Source: an uncultured Verrucomicrobiae bacterium (GTDB taxonomy: Bacteria > Verrucomicrobiota > Verrucomicrobiia > Chthoniobacterales > UBA10450). Taken from it: a stretch of DNA of 64,000 nucleotides. Where the stretch lies: positions 864,001 to 928,000 of the forward strand of contig CAVSDR010000003.1 in assembly GCA_963726745.1 (NCBI GenBank), read 5' to 3'. Below, in pieces: positions 31,818-41,638 of this stretch (positions are counted from its first letter, which is position 1; each line of letters starts with the position of its first letter). The notes beneath the pieces are model-generated. The model made no database searches. It was not told the DNA's origin and worked only from the letters and a program-made list of their open reading frames with translations. Both the position numbers and the translations under genes were made by a program.

Positions 31818-32270
31818 ATGTCCGGAAAGCTCCGCATCCTGGTCCTGGCGGACACGCACAACCATCTCCCGCCCCAGCTGGCCGCTCTCGCCGAGGGCGC
31901 GGATGAGATCTGGCACTTGGGCGATGTCTGCGATCCCAGCTTGCTGGCTATTTTGCGGAAAGTCGGGCCGCCGGTCACGGTGGTGCGAGGAAATTGCGAC
32001 AGCGAAGAAACGTGGCCGCTGCAGGTGGACCTGGAGCGCCACGGGGTGCGCTTTCGCCTGGTCCACATCCCGCCGGCAAAACCACCGGCAGCGGTGGACG
32101 TCCTCCTGCATGGGCACACGCATGTGCCCCGCGACGAGCGCGTGGGCTCGGTGCGTTTCCTGAATCCTGGCTGCGTCACCCGGCCGAACCGGGGCGCGCC
32201 CGCCAGCGTGGCGCATCTCGAAGTTTCGGCAGACGGCCACGTCCGCTGGAACTTGGAGACGACTCGTTAG
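31818..32270 (+). CDS. YfcE-like metallophosphoesterase
   Basis: ADTH, HLGD, RGNCD, HGHTH, NPG motifs. Confidence 0.9.
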   Translation: MSGKLRILVLADTHNHLPPQLAALAEGADEIWHLGDVCDPSLLAILRKVGPPVTVVRGNCDSEETWPLQVDLERHGVRFRLVHIPPAKPPAAVDVLLHGHTHVPRDERVGSVRFLNPGCVTRPNRGAPASVAHLEVSADGHVRWNLETTR

Positions 32271-32294
32271 GCCACGCGGCGTGCGAGCCTCGGC

Positions 32295-32543
32295 TTAACC
32301 GCGATCGGCCACCGCGGGATTCCGCGGAGCAGTCTTCGCGACCATGGGGGCCGGCGTGCTCTCGAGGTTGGCGGGCGCCGACGCTTTCGCGGTCATGCCC
32401 GGGGTCACCACGGAACTGGAGACGAATTGCCAACCGGAGAAGGCGGTGCAGAGGACCACGAGCGCATAGATGCTGTGCTCGAAGATCGCCCGGCCCTTTT
32501 CTTCGGCTTGAAGGAGGATGGAGTAGGTGTTTTTGCTTTTCAT
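32295..32543 (-). CDS. Small hypothetical membrane protein
   Basis: MKSKNTYSILLQAEEKGRAIFEHSIYALVVLCTAFSGWQF, 82 aa with one hydrophobic segment, directly downstream of a sigma54-like promoter. Confidence 0.6.
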   Translation of the reverse strand: MKSKNTYSILLQAEEKGRAIFEHSIYALVVLCTAFSGWQFVSSSVVTPGMTAKASAPANLESTPAPMVAKTAPRNPAVADRG

Positions 32544-32572
32544 TTTGTGTGGGTATTGAGCCCACCCATATC

Positions 32573-32587
32573 GCAGGGTCCGTGCCA
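32573..32587 (-). promoter_or_regulatory. Sigma54 (-24/-12) promoter
   Basis: Reverse complement TGGCACGGACCCTGC matches TGGCAC-N5-(T)TGC, 30 nt upstream of ATG 32543. Confidence 0.65.
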
Positions 32588-32715
32588 GCCGACGTTTTAA
32601 GCCGTAAAGCGTGCAAGTCCCGTAACTTACACGCGAGAATGATCTTACGTGCCCAACGGAAGCGTGGCAGCGCTGGGACGCGGCCGTTTCGTTTCCGGGA
32701 CGCCCGCATTCGGGC

Positions 32716-32749
32716 AAAAAAATAGCGGCAACCTTTCGGCCGCCGCTAT
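32716..32749 (-). terminator. Intrinsic terminator after rplQ
   Basis: ATAGCGGC...GCCGCTAT stem followed on the minus strand by T7. Confidence 0.75.
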
Positions 32750-32774
32750 CTTATTTGAACGCTGAAAGCGCTGC

Positions 32775-33290
32775 CTATTCTTCCGACTTCTCGGCTTTCG
32801 GCTCCTTCTTCTTGCGAGCAGGTTTCGCTTCGGTCTCCTTCGAGGCCTTTTCTGGCTTGGAAGGCGACTTGGCGGCTTTGGTTTTTTTCGCCGCGGTGGT
32901 CTTCTCGTCGGTCTCCGCTTCGTCCGTGATCAGGGGCGCATCGACCCACTCGATCAAGGCCACGGGCGCGGAGTCGCTTTTGCGCTGGCCGAGCTTGATG
33001 ATGCGGGTGTAACCGCCGTTGCGCTCCGCCGCGCGGGGCGCGATGTCGCTGAATAATTTCTTAACCGCATCGGCCTGGCGCAGGGTCGCCAGCGCGGTGC
33101 GCCGCGCGTGCAGCGAACCTTTTTTGCCGAGCGTGACCATTTTCTCGGCCAACGGACGGACCGCCTTGGCCTTGGCCAGGGTGGTTTTGATCCGCTGGTG
33201 CTCGATCAAGCTGCAAACCTGATTGGCCAGCAGCGCTTTCCGATGCTCTGCCGTGCGGCCGAGCTTGACCGTTTTTTTCTGGTGTCTCAT
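32775..33290 (-). CDS. rplQ: 50S ribosomal protein L17
   Basis: [44 protein letters not shown], Lys/Ala/Glu-rich tail. Confidence 0.97.
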   Translation of the reverse strand: MRHQKKTVKLGRTAEHRKALLANQVCSLIEHQRIKTTLAKAKAVRPLAEKMVTLGKKGSLHARRTALATLRQADAVKKLFSDIAPRAAERNGGYTRIIKLGQRKSDSAPVALIEWVDAPLITDEAETDEKTTAAKKTKAAKSPSKPEKASKETEAKPARKKKEPKAEKSEE

Positions 33291-33320
33291 GAGATGATTC
33301 TTTTTCTTCCCTAACGAGTG

Positions 33321-34358
33321 CTATTCCCCGAGGTCGGCGCCATTGGCGCCATCGAGCGGGATGCCCATGGGCGTGTCGACCAAACCTGGATCGAATTTCA
33401 TCCCCAGGCCGAGGCCGAGCTGAAGCAGCTTGTCCTTGATTTCGTTGAGCGATTTCTTGCCGAAGTTGCGATACTTGAGCATCTCCGCTTCCGACTTCTG
33501 GGCCAGCTGGCCCACGGTCGTGATGTTGGCGTTGTTCAAGCAATTCGCCGCGCGGACGCTCAGCTCGATCTCGTTCACGCTCATGTTGAGCAGCTTCTTC
33601 AGCTTCATGTTCTCCTCGGAAACACCGGCCGGCGTTTCGTCGAATTCGATCACGTCTTCGTTGAAGTTCACGAAGACATCGAGGTGATGGCGCAGAATCG
33701 CGGAAGCCTGCAGGAGCGCGTCGTCGGGGGTGAGGCGGCCGTCCGTCCAGACTTCGAGGATGAGCTTGTCGTAATCGGTCCGCTGCCCGACACGGGTGTT
33801 CTCGACCGCGTATTTCACGCGCGTGACCGGCGAGAAAATGCTGTCAATCGGGATCAGGCCAATCGGCTGATCAGCGCGCTTGTTCTCATCGCCGGTGGCG
33901 AAACCGCGGCCGACGCGCACTTCGAGCTCGGCGTCGAACTTGTGCTTCTTGTCGATCGTGCAGATGAGTTGATCGGGGTTCAGGACCTCGAAGCCCTGCG
34001 CCAGCGTGATGTCGCCGGCAGTGACTTCGCCTTCCTTGTTCACCGTGAGGGCGAGCTTGCGGGGTTCGTGCTCGGCGGCTTTGAATTTCACGCGCTTCAG
34101 GTTGAGCACGATGTCGGTCACGTCCTCAACCACGCCCGGGAGGGTGGCAAATTCGTGCTCCGCACCGGTGATCTTGACCGCGGTAATGGCGGCGCCTTCG
34201 AGCGACGAAAGCAGGACGCGGCGCAGGCTGTTTCCGACCGTGTGGCCATAGCCGGCCTCGAAAGGTTCGGCGACAAACTTGGCGTAGGTTTCTGTGGCGC
34301 TGCTCTCCTCTTTGGTGAGCGTTTTCGGCATTTCAAACCGACCGTAACGTACTGGCAT
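33321..34358 (-). CDS. rpoA: RNA polymerase subunit alpha
   Basis: EPFEAGYGHTVGNSLRRVLLSSLEGAA, DSIFSPV, RVGQRTDYDKL, ELSVRAANCL, NFGKKSLNEI. Start at MPVRYGRFEMP. Confidence 0.97.
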   Translation of the reverse strand: MPVRYGRFEMPKTLTKEESSATETYAKFVAEPFEAGYGHTVGNSLRRVLLSSLEGAAITAVKITGAEHEFATLPGVVEDVTDIVLNLKRVKFKAAEHEPRKLALTVNKEGEVTAGDITLAQGFEVLNPDQLICTIDKKHKFDAELEVRVGRGFATGDENKRADQPIGLIPIDSIFSPVTRVKYAVENTRVGQRTDYDKLILEVWTDGRLTPDDALLQASAILRHHLDVFVNFNEDVIEFDETPAGVSEENMKLKKLLNMSVNEIELSVRAANCLNNANITTVGQLAQKSEAEMLKYRNFGKKSLNEIKDKLLQLGLGLGMKFDPGLVDTPMGIPLDGANGADLGE

Positions 34359-34505
34359 AACTGATGGTTCCTCCGCGCCGGGTTCCCCCTGGCGAGTGCG
34401 GTTTCCGTCTAGCAACGGAGCCCCAGGGACCTACGGCGCAACGTGTGACGACTCGCTGCGGACGGGCAATGAACACGCTTTGGCCGGAATCGCAAGCGCC
34501 GCGCG

Positions 34506-34943
34506 CTAGCCTTCGACGACCGTGTTCGGAAGCTCGCCACGGAGCTCGTCCTTTGGCGGAAAATGCTGCGCGAGCAATTGCCCCACGCTCCCGATGCCCT
34601 CGATCAAGGCGTCGGTAAACGCTTCGCGTTGGAAATGCCCGCGCATCGTGGCCACAAGTTGCTGCCAAAATTCCTCGCCGCACTTCCGGTGAATCCCCTC
34701 GTCGCCGACCACGGCGAACTTCTGCGCGCGCGGCGCGACCAGGATGAGGACTGCGTTGCGCTCCCGGGTCGCGGTCATGCCGAGCTCGTGGAATTTCGCG
34801 GTCGCGAACTTCAGCGGATCGTCGGCTACTTTGCCGCGCTGCACGTAGACGCGGATCTCGCCGGAAGTGTTCGCCTCCGCTGCGGCGATCGCCGCCTCGA
34901 TCCGCCGGTGGTCCAGCCGAGCCATGAAATCATCGGTCTTCAT
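34506..34943 (-). CDS. TPM-domain protein
   Basis: AIAAAEANTSGEIRV, TRERNAVLI, GDEGIH. Part of the LemA-TPM-TPM operon. Confidence 0.85.
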   Translation of the reverse strand: MKTDDFMARLDHRRIEAAIAAAEANTSGEIRVYVQRGKVADDPLKFATAKFHELGMTATRERNAVLILVAPRAQKFAVVGDEGIHRKCGEEFWQQLVATMRGHFQREAFTDALIEGIGSVGQLLAQHFPPKDELRGELPNTVVEG

Positions 34944-34947
34944 TACC

Positions 34948-35727
34948 TTACCAGCTCGACCCTCCACCGCCGCCGCCGAATCCGCCACCGCCGCCGCTGA
35001 AGCCGCTAAACCCTCCGCCACCTCCGCCGCCGCTGGACCAGCCGCCGCCGCCGCCCCCGCCGCCAAGGAAAAACCCACCGGGAGCTCCCAGTAATCCGCC
35101 CCGACGCCGTCCGCGCGAGAGCTTGCCCATGATCACGAGGAAAATCATGAAGCCGATGAAGAGCACCAGGCACGACACGCCGCTCGAGGTGGTCCCGCCT
35201 TTTTCCCGCGACTCCGCCACGGTTTTGCCGCTGCCTTTGTATTCACCCTTCGCGGCCTTCATCATCAGCTCGATCCCAGTCGCGAGGCCGGCCTCGTAAT
35301 TCCCCTGCCGGAACTGCGGCTTGATGTGGCGCTCGGTAATGTCGAAGGCGGTCACGTCCGGGATCGCGCCCTCCAGCCCGTAGCCGACTTGGATGAACAT
35401 CTTCCGGTCGTCGATGAAGACGAAGAGGACCGCGCCGTTGCGCTTGTCTGCCTGCCCCACGCCCCAGGCTTGCGCGATTCGCTGGGTGTAGTCGGCGATG
35501 TCGGAAGCGCTCTGCATCTTCCGATAGACTGCGACCACGAGCTGGTTCGAGGTCTCGCGCTCGAATTGCGCGAGCTGCTCGTTAAAACGCAGCGCCGTGG
35601 CCGGGGAAACCACGCCGGCCAGATCGTTGAAGTAGCCAGCCGGCTTGGGCGGGATCGCCTCCTGCGCGCGCACCCCGCTTCCCGCGACGAGAAGGAGCGC
35701 GAAAATTAGCCGACGAATTGTCGCCAC
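34948..35727 (-). CDS. TPM-domain (YgcG-like) membrane protein with Gly-rich tail
   Basis: Signal peptide, WGVGQADKRNGAVL, VGYGLEGAIPD, TM helix, FSGGGGGFGGGGGGSSW. Confidence 0.88.
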   Translation of the reverse strand: MATIRRLIFALLLVAGSGVRAQEAIPPKPAGYFNDLAGVVSPATALRFNEQLAQFERETSNQLVVAVYRKMQSASDIADYTQRIAQAWGVGQADKRNGAVLFVFIDDRKMFIQVGYGLEGAIPDVTAFDITERHIKPQFRQGNYEAGLATGIELMMKAAKGEYKGSGKTVAESREKGGTTSSGVSCLVLFIGFMIFLVIMGKLSRGRRRGGLLGAPGGFFLGGGGGGGGWSSGGGGGGGFSGFSGGGGGFGGGGGGSSW

Positions 35728-35730
35728 GGT

Positions 35731-36405
35731 CTACGGCGTGGCCGCGGGCGTGGCCACCGGGGCGACCGCGGGTGCAGCGGCCGGCGCGGGCGTATTCCCG
35801 AAGCTCCCGAAGTTCACCTTCGGCGCGGTCTCGGCCCCGGCCTGCGCGGCGAAGAACGGCCGCGGCTGGAAGCCAAACATCTTGTTCAAGAGGTTCGTGG
35901 GGAAGGTTCCCAGCGCAGTGTTGTACTGCTGGACCGCGCCGTTGAAATTATTTCGCTCGACCGAGATCCGGTTCTCCGTCCCCTCGAGCTGCGCCTGCAG
36001 ATTCTGGAAGGCTTCGGTCGCACGAAGCTGCGGATAGTTCTCGCTCACCACCAAAAGGCGCGAGAGCGCGTTGCTCAATTGCCCCTGCGCTTGCTGGAAC
36101 TCCGCCAGCTTGGCCGCGTCCTTCGGCGCATTGTTCGGGTCGAGATTCACCCGGCCGACGCTGGCACGCGCATCGGTCACTTCCGTCAGGGTCGACTTCT
36201 CGAAGTTGGCCGCGCCCTGCACCGTGCTCACGAGATTCGGGATCAAATCCGCGCGCCGCTGGTAGACCGACTGCACGTCGGCCCACTTCTTGTTCACGTT
36301 CTGCTCCAGGCTAACGAGTCGATTGTAGCTCCCGCAGCCAGTCAGGGAAAAAATGAGCGTGAGCGCAAAGAGCGCGCTCGCGAGTTTGGAAGCAGTGGTC
36401 TTCAT
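35731..36405 (-). CDS. lemA: LemA family lipoprotein
   Basis: LTGC lipobox, YQRRADLIPNLV, ENYPQLRA, LEGTENRI. Confidence 0.92.
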   Translation of the reverse strand: MKTTASKLASALFALTLIFSLTGCGSYNRLVSLEQNVNKKWADVQSVYQRRADLIPNLVSTVQGAANFEKSTLTEVTDARASVGRVNLDPNNAPKDAAKLAEFQQAQGQLSNALSRLLVVSENYPQLRATEAFQNLQAQLEGTENRISVERNNFNGAVQQYNTALGTFPTNLLNKMFGFQPRPFFAAQAGAETAPKVNFGSFGNTPAPAAAPAVAPVATPAATP

Positions 36406-36437
36406 CGTCCGAGAGTCTCCGCTCCGGACCCGGCAAG

Positions 36438-37510
36438 TCAATCCGCGCGCGGACGAACCTCCACCCGCATCGGCAGCCAATGATTCACCATGTAGGTGCC
36501 GTATTCGGCCACGCGTCCCGGCGGCTGGGTGCGCCCGGCCGCGTCAGTCGCGCGCGCCATCAGGACCACGTTCCCGTGCTCCGCCGGCACCTGCCATGGG
36601 CACTCCCAAAAACGCCAGCCAAACGGCGCCGTCTCGCCGGTTAATTCCGCCAGCGGTCCAGCTTTGCCCGCCATCGCTGCTGAACTCCACCTTGCGTCAC
36701 CGGACTCTCGCCGCTCCAGGCCGCGCCGCGCACGGTGTAGCTGCTGCCGGCGTCCACCACCTCGCCAAACTTCGGCTGCGCGATCTGCGCTTTGACCGCG
36801 ATCTCGCTCAGAGGCGTGAGGTCCGGATGATCGCCGCGACGTTCCCAGTAGGCGTAATCAAAGGTCTGGAAGTAGCCGTGGAAGGGCCGCGCCGTGACCA
36901 CGAGGCGCCGAAGCCATTTCACCGAGGCCATGCCGAACCATCCCGGCACGACCGCGCGCAGCGGAAACCCATGCGGCGGCGTCAGCGGTTCGCCATTCAT
37001 CTCCAACGCCAGGAGCGTGTCGCCCATTGCTTTCGCCAGCGGCAGGCTGCGCGTGTAGTGGAAATCGGTCGGCGGCCTTGGCGGTTCGGCGACATTCCCG
37101 CGATCGGCACCCTCCAGGATCACCTCGACCGCGCCCGGCTTGACGCCCGCTTTCTCAAGCACGTCGCGCAGGAGCACGCCGGTCCAGCGCGCGTTCCCGA
37201 CCGCGCCGATGTCCCATTGCACGCCCTTCACCTTCGGCTCGAGATGCGAGCGGCCGTTGCCGGCACATTCCATCGTCGCGATCACCGTGTGCTGCGGCAA
37301 CGCGCGCAATTCCTCGAGGGAAAACGCGAGCTCGCGCTCGACCTCGCCCGCGATCTGGAGGCGGAAGCTTGCCGCCTCCACCTCCGGCACCGGGAAGTGG
37401 CAGCGGATGTAAAAGCGGTCGTTCGGCGTGATCCAATCCTCCAGGGTGGAGAACGGCATCTCGAGGTTCAGCGGCTCCTTGCTGCGGGTGATCAATTCCG
37501 GTTTCGTCAT
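36438..37510 (-). CDS. Sulfite oxidase-family molybdoenzyme (apparent frameshift near 36690)
   Basis: ITPNDRFYIRCH, MECAGNGR, VGNARWTGV, HGFPLRAVVPGWFG..SVKWL. The C-terminus (MARATDAAGRTQP) is in ORF 36438..36674. Confidence 0.85.
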
Positions 37511-37524
37511 AGTTGTCGCGCGCT

Positions 37525-38046
37525 TCAATGCGCCGGCAGTTCCGCGCGGCGTTTCTGGTCGAGCAAAAGGCCCCAGAGCCCATTGTAAGGATGCACCTGT
37601 GCGACCTCGTGGCCCTCGCGAAAAACCGGTCGCCCTTCATTGGCCCACTGGAAGATCGAGCCTTCGAGATTGCGCACCTTCGTGAAGCCGGCCGCGCGCA
37701 GGCGCTGCGCCAGCGCCGCGGAACGATAGCCGACCGAACAGTAGGTCACGATCGCGCGCTCCTTCGGCGCGGTGACCGCCGAAGCTGGAGCTGCGGGATC
37801 GATCCGCTCCGCGCCGCGCAGATGGCTCACGGCAAATTCCTCCGGCGTGCGCACGTCGAGTAGCAAGGGACGGCGCGCTTCCGTTGCCGTCATCTCGCCG
37901 GCTAATTCCGCAGTCGTGATCCGAGGAACTTCGGGAAACTCGCGGCGAATCTTCCCGTTCACCAGTTTCCAGCCGAGGCCCGCTTGGGAATGGGCGCAGG
38001 CCGGCAGCAAACTCATGCAGAGAAGAATCGCGAAGCTCCGTTTCAT
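37525..38046 (-). CDS. Secreted single-domain rhodanese
   Basis: Signal peptide, LLDVRTPEEFAVSHLRGA, YCSVGYRS, NLEGSIFQW. Confidence 0.88.
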   Translation of the reverse strand: MKRSFAILLCMSLLPACAHSQAGLGWKLVNGKIRREFPEVPRITTAELAGEMTATEARRPLLLDVRTPEEFAVSHLRGAERIDPAAPASAVTAPKERAIVTYCSVGYRSAALAQRLRAAGFTKVRNLEGSIFQWANEGRPVFREGHEVAQVHPYNGLWGLLLDQKRRAELPAH

Positions 38047-38137
38047 CGGCCGTGAGAGTCTAACGATCGCGGCGCCGCTGTCACCCGGCGATCAACTTGC
38101 CAAGTCCGCGGGGGCAACGCATAGTCCCGATCGTTTC

Positions 38138-38212
38138 GCGCGGTTAGCTCAGTGGTAGAGCACCTCCCTGACACGGAGGGGGTCACAGGTTCGAAACCTG
38201 TATCGCGCACCA
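38138..38212 (+). tRNA. tRNA-Val (anticodon GAC)
   Basis: GCGCGGT TAGCTCAGTGGTAGAGC A CCTCC CT GAC AC GGAGG...GGTTCGAAACC...ATCGCGC ACCA. Confidence 0.96.
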
Positions 38213-38229
38213 TCTCTTTCCCCTCCTGC

Positions 38230-38811
38230 ATGGCTGAACACTCGAGCATTCTGCAGGCAGCGATCGACTCCGCCCGGGAAACGCTCGAGACCCTCGCGGT
38301 CTTGGCGGAGCCGATGGACCGCGCAGCCGCCGCAGTCGAGCGTTGCCTCACCTCGGGGCACAAAATTCTCCTCTGCGGCAATGGCGGAAGCGCGGCTGAT
38401 GCGGCCCATTTTGCGACCGAGTTCGTCATCCGTTTCGTCAATGACCGGCCGGCTTACCCGGCCCTCTGCCTAACGAGCGATGGCGGCACGCTCACGGCCG
38501 GCGGGAACGATTACGGCTTCGACGAAATCTTCGCGCGCCAGGTCGCGGCTTTTGGGCAAACCGGCGACGTCCTCATCGCCCTCAGCACCAGCGGGAATTC
38601 GCGCAACATCGTGCGTGCGCTCGAGGAAGCGAAAGCGCGCGGAGTGCAGACGATCGCGCTTCTCGGCCGTGATGGCGGGAAGACGCGCGGCTTGGCCGAG
38701 ATCGAGTTCCTGGTCGCGGGCCAGGCGACCGCGCGCATCCAGGAAGCGCACATGTTTCTCCTCCACGTCCTTTGCGAGGAGATGGAAGTGCGGCTGGCGG
38801 CCGCTCGTTAG
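38230..38811 (+). CDS. gmhA: D-sedoheptulose 7-phosphate isomerase
   Basis: CGNGGSAADAAHFATE, NDYGFDEIFARQV, STSGNS, TARIQEAH. The ORF-track start inside the tRNA is rejected. Confidence 0.92.
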   Translation: MAEHSSILQAAIDSARETLETLAVLAEPMDRAAAAVERCLTSGHKILLCGNGGSAADAAHFATEFVIRFVNDRPAYPALCLTSDGGTLTAGGNDYGFDEIFARQVAAFGQTGDVLIALSTSGNSRNIVRALEEAKARGVQTIALLGRDGGKTRGLAEIEFLVAGQATARIQEAHMFLLHVLCEEMEVRLAAAR

Positions 38812-39734
38812 GCGAGCGGCGGCAGGTGGATGGTCGCGAGCATGCAGCGCGCGCTCCCGCCGGCGAGTTCAATCGTCGGCAGATCCAATGGCACCGGCCG
38901 CGCGAAACGCTCGATCGTTTTCCGCTGCTCCGGCGCGAGCGCGGCGAGTGCGCGCGCTGAAAGCACGCAGAGCTTTTCGCCCGCGGCGTTCTCCAGCTCG
39001 AGCGCGTTGCCGGCAAATTCACCGATCTGGGCCGCGCTCAGCGCGAGCACTTCCTTGCCGGTCGACTCGAGTAAATTCTGCACGCCGATGCGCTCCGCTT
39101 CATCGGCGATGAGCGCCGTGCCCAAGAGCGCGAACTCCGTCCCGACACACATCACCACGTTGGTGTGATAAACCGCGCGGCCATCCGGGCTCGCGCTGTG
39201 AAATTTCACCGCCTCGTAGCCGAAGTCGGCGCAAAAACGCTCCAGCACGTCGGGATGCGTCCGCTGCGAAAGCGAGGCGTAAGCCAGCTTATTTTCGTGG
39301 TCGAGCACCAGGCTGCCGGTGCCTTCGAGGCATTGGCCCTGCGCCTCGCACGCGGAATAGTCGACCACTTCCGCAACGCGATAATGCTTTCGCAATTCGT
39401 CGATCACCTCGGTCCGCCGCTCCCGCCGGCGCGCCGGCGAAGCCATCGGATAAAGCGCGACTCGCCCGTCGTGATGTGTCGAGAACCAGTTGTTCGGGAA
39501 AACCGCGTCCGGCTTCTCCGGCGCCGCCGAATCTTCGACCACGTGCACGGTCACGCCAGCGGCGCGCAATGTCTCCACCGCGGCATCGAACTCGCGCTGC
39601 GCCGCAAGAGAAAGAGCCGGCAACTCGCCCGCGGCGACCGCGCGCTGGAAGGCATTGTCGGCCGCTGTTTCGGGGTTCGGATAAAATCGGTGCGGCCGGA
39701 TCATCAGGACTGCGCGGGCGCTTTGTTCGCTCAT
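38808..39734 (-). CDS. Amidinotransferase superfamily protein (CtlX-like)
   Basis: VLMIRP, ETAADNAFQ, PDAVFPNNWFS, LEGTGS, YHTNV, GGSARCM. Confidence 0.88.
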   Translation of the reverse strand: MSEQSARAVLMIRPHRFYPNPETAADNAFQRAVAAGELPALSLAAQREFDAAVETLRAAGVTVHVVEDSAAPEKPDAVFPNNWFSTHHDGRVALYPMASPARRRERRTEVIDELRKHYRVAEVVDYSACEAQGQCLEGTGSLVLDHENKLAYASLSQRTHPDVLERFCADFGYEAVKFHSASPDGRAVYHTNVVMCVGTEFALLGTALIADEAERIGVQNLLESTGKEVLALSAAQIGEFAGNALELENAAGEKLCVLSARALAALAPEQRKTIERFARPVPLDLPTIELAGGSARCMLATIHLPPLA

Positions 39735-39746
39735 AAGGGAAAGAAT

Positions 39747-41450
39747 TTAGACAGCAACTTGTTCTGGCCGGCTGGCACCATGCCGCCAAATCGCGAGCGC
39801 GACAAAGAGCAGATCGAGCACGACAAAGCCAGCGACGTAAGCCTCGCCGCCCGCGCCGAAGCCGTAACTGTGCAGCCCTTTGCCCAGGAGAAAATTCACT
39901 CCATACCAAGCCATCAACACCGCGAGAAAACAGATCACGCTCGCGACCACCAGGCCGAAGTCCGCCCACCAACCCGCCAGCCGTCCATGCAGCGCGACGA
40001 GATAAGAAAGGAGCGCCAGCAGCGCCCACGTCTCCTTCGGATCCCAACCCCAAAACCGCCCCCAGGAATAGTTCGCCCAAACGCCGCCGAGGATCGTCCC
40101 CGCAGCCAGCAGAAGCACGCCGAGCTGGAGCACGCGACGAAGCCGCAGAGCCAACGCTGGGTCCACCGGCGCCCGCAGCGCGCGCCAGAGCAGGATGTGC
40201 CCGAGACCCAGCGCAAGCGCGAAGGCCGCGTAGCTCAGCGTGATCGTGAGCACATGGATCGTGAGCCAGAAATTATCGCGCAAGACCGGCACCAGCGGAT
40301 CGATGCTCGCCGATAGCGCGACCGGCATTTGGTGCACCAAAAGCAGCGCCACCAGTGCGATCGGCAAGGCCGCGAAGAGGTAGACGAGCGCGCGCGTGCG
40401 CAGGAAAAAAATCATCCCAAAAAGGGCGACCGCGAACGAAACCCAAATGATCGACTCATACATATTCGTCACCGGCGGCCGCCCCGCGACCAGGCAGCGG
40501 AGGACGATCGCGGTGCCGTGAAAGAGCAGCCCGCCGAGCGCGAAACCGACGGCTAAATTTCGCAGGACGCTGCTCCCGCGCATGAAGGCCGCGAAGGCAA
40601 AGAGCAAGAGCGCGAGCCCATACGCCCAAGCCGCGCGGTAAAACCCATCGAAGTCGTGATACCGCACCTCGAGCTTGAGCTGGCGCTCCGTCGGGTAAAT
40701 CGCCGGGCTGAGCGCGCGCAAAGCGCTACGCAATTCCGCCGCGCTGCGTGCAAACTGCGACCGGTCGCCCTGGAGATAACCGAAGGCGAGCGCCTGTAGC
40801 GCGGTCTCCGCGCCGGCGAATTGCTCCGCGGAATAATATTCGCCAAAGGCCGGCGGCACGACCCACGGATCGGTCACGTTCTGCGCCGCGGGCACGATCA
40901 AGAGCGCGCTTCCGTCGAGGATGCGGTTGAGCAGGGTCAGCCGCGCGCTCACCAGGCTCACCTCGGTCTGCAAGCGGTTCAGCGGCTGCTCGGCGCGCTG
41001 GAGCGCGTGCACTTCCGCCGCCAGCTTCTGCAATTCCGCGGAGCCGCTCAGTTCGGTGAAGGAGAAGCGGCGCTGCGACTTCGGCAGCCCCAGCCGCTCG
41101 ACCAACTCGCCTAACGAAACCAAAACCAGCGGTTCGTTTTTCCAATTCCGCGTTTCCAGCAGCGCCGAAAGGAGAAAATCGTTCGCGCTCCAGCGCCTCC
41201 CGCCGGTCAGGCGATAGGTCGAGCGGCCGCTAATTTTAGTCAGCGCCTCGCGCGCGAAAGTGTCGACTGGTTTCCGCCGGCCGCCCTCCTGGATCGCCAG
41301 CATGCGCCACTGCGAAAAATCGAGTCCGCCCGTCTCGGGCACGGGTCGCGGCGCCGTTTGGCCGAAGGCCGGGAGCGCGAGCGCCACCAGGAGCGCGAGG
41401 AAAAGCGGATGCAAAGTCCGGGAATCTAGCGCCCGGCGCCGCGTCGCCAA
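39747..41450 (-). CDS. ccsA: Cytochrome c biogenesis protein CcsA (system II) with N-terminal periplasmic domain
   Basis: GRRKPVDT, GRPPVTNMYES, LVPVLRDNFWLTIHV, GGVWANYSWGRFWGWDPKETW (WWD), GLHSYG. Start codon uncertain. Confidence 0.88.
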   Translation of the reverse strand: MATRRRALDSRTLHPLFLALLVALALPAFGQTAPRPVPETGGLDFSQWRMLAIQEGGRRKPVDTFAREALTKISGRSTYRLTGGRRWSANDFLLSALLETRNWKNEPLVLVSLGELVERLGLPKSQRRFSFTELSGSAELQKLAAEVHALQRAEQPLNRLQTEVSLVSARLTLLNRILDGSALLIVPAAQNVTDPWVVPPAFGEYYSAEQFAGAETALQALAFGYLQGDRSQFARSAAELRSALRALSPAIYPTERQLKLEVRYHDFDGFYRAAWAYGLALLLFAFAAFMRGSSVLRNLAVGFALGGLLFHGTAIVLRCLVAGRPPVTNMYESIIWVSFAVALFGMIFFLRTRALVYLFAALPIALVALLLVHQMPVALSASIDPLVPVLRDNFWLTIHVLTITLSYAAFALALGLGHILLWRALRAPVDPALALRLRRVLQLGVLLLAAGTILGGVWANYSWGRFWGWDPKETWALLALLSYLVALHGRLAGWWADFGLVVASVICFLAVLMAWYGVNFLLGKGLHSYGFGAGGEAYVAGFVVLDLLFVALAIWRHGASRPEQVAV

Positions 41451-41638
41451 ATCGCATCAGCGCGCGTATTTTTGCTGGTTCACTTCCTGTCCCGGCGCGG
41501 GCCGTGGCCGAATCGCTTTCACGTGAGAGTCAACCAGAACGCCTCGCTCGTGGTCGTGAGCTTTCGCGATCAGCAGCAGCGCCGGATAGAAGCATGGCGC
41601 ACGCTGGAGGCAGCGGCGGATCGCCTCAACTGCGCGGC

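Noticed and set aside
34955..35065. (CCG)n-rich tandem-like repeat
   Set aside because: Encodes the ordinary Gly-rich tail of a TPM-domain protein.
38043..38441. Minus-strand ORFs across tRNA-Val and the extended gmhA start at 38152
   Set aside because: They overlap a canonical tRNA. gmhA more plausibly starts at 38230.
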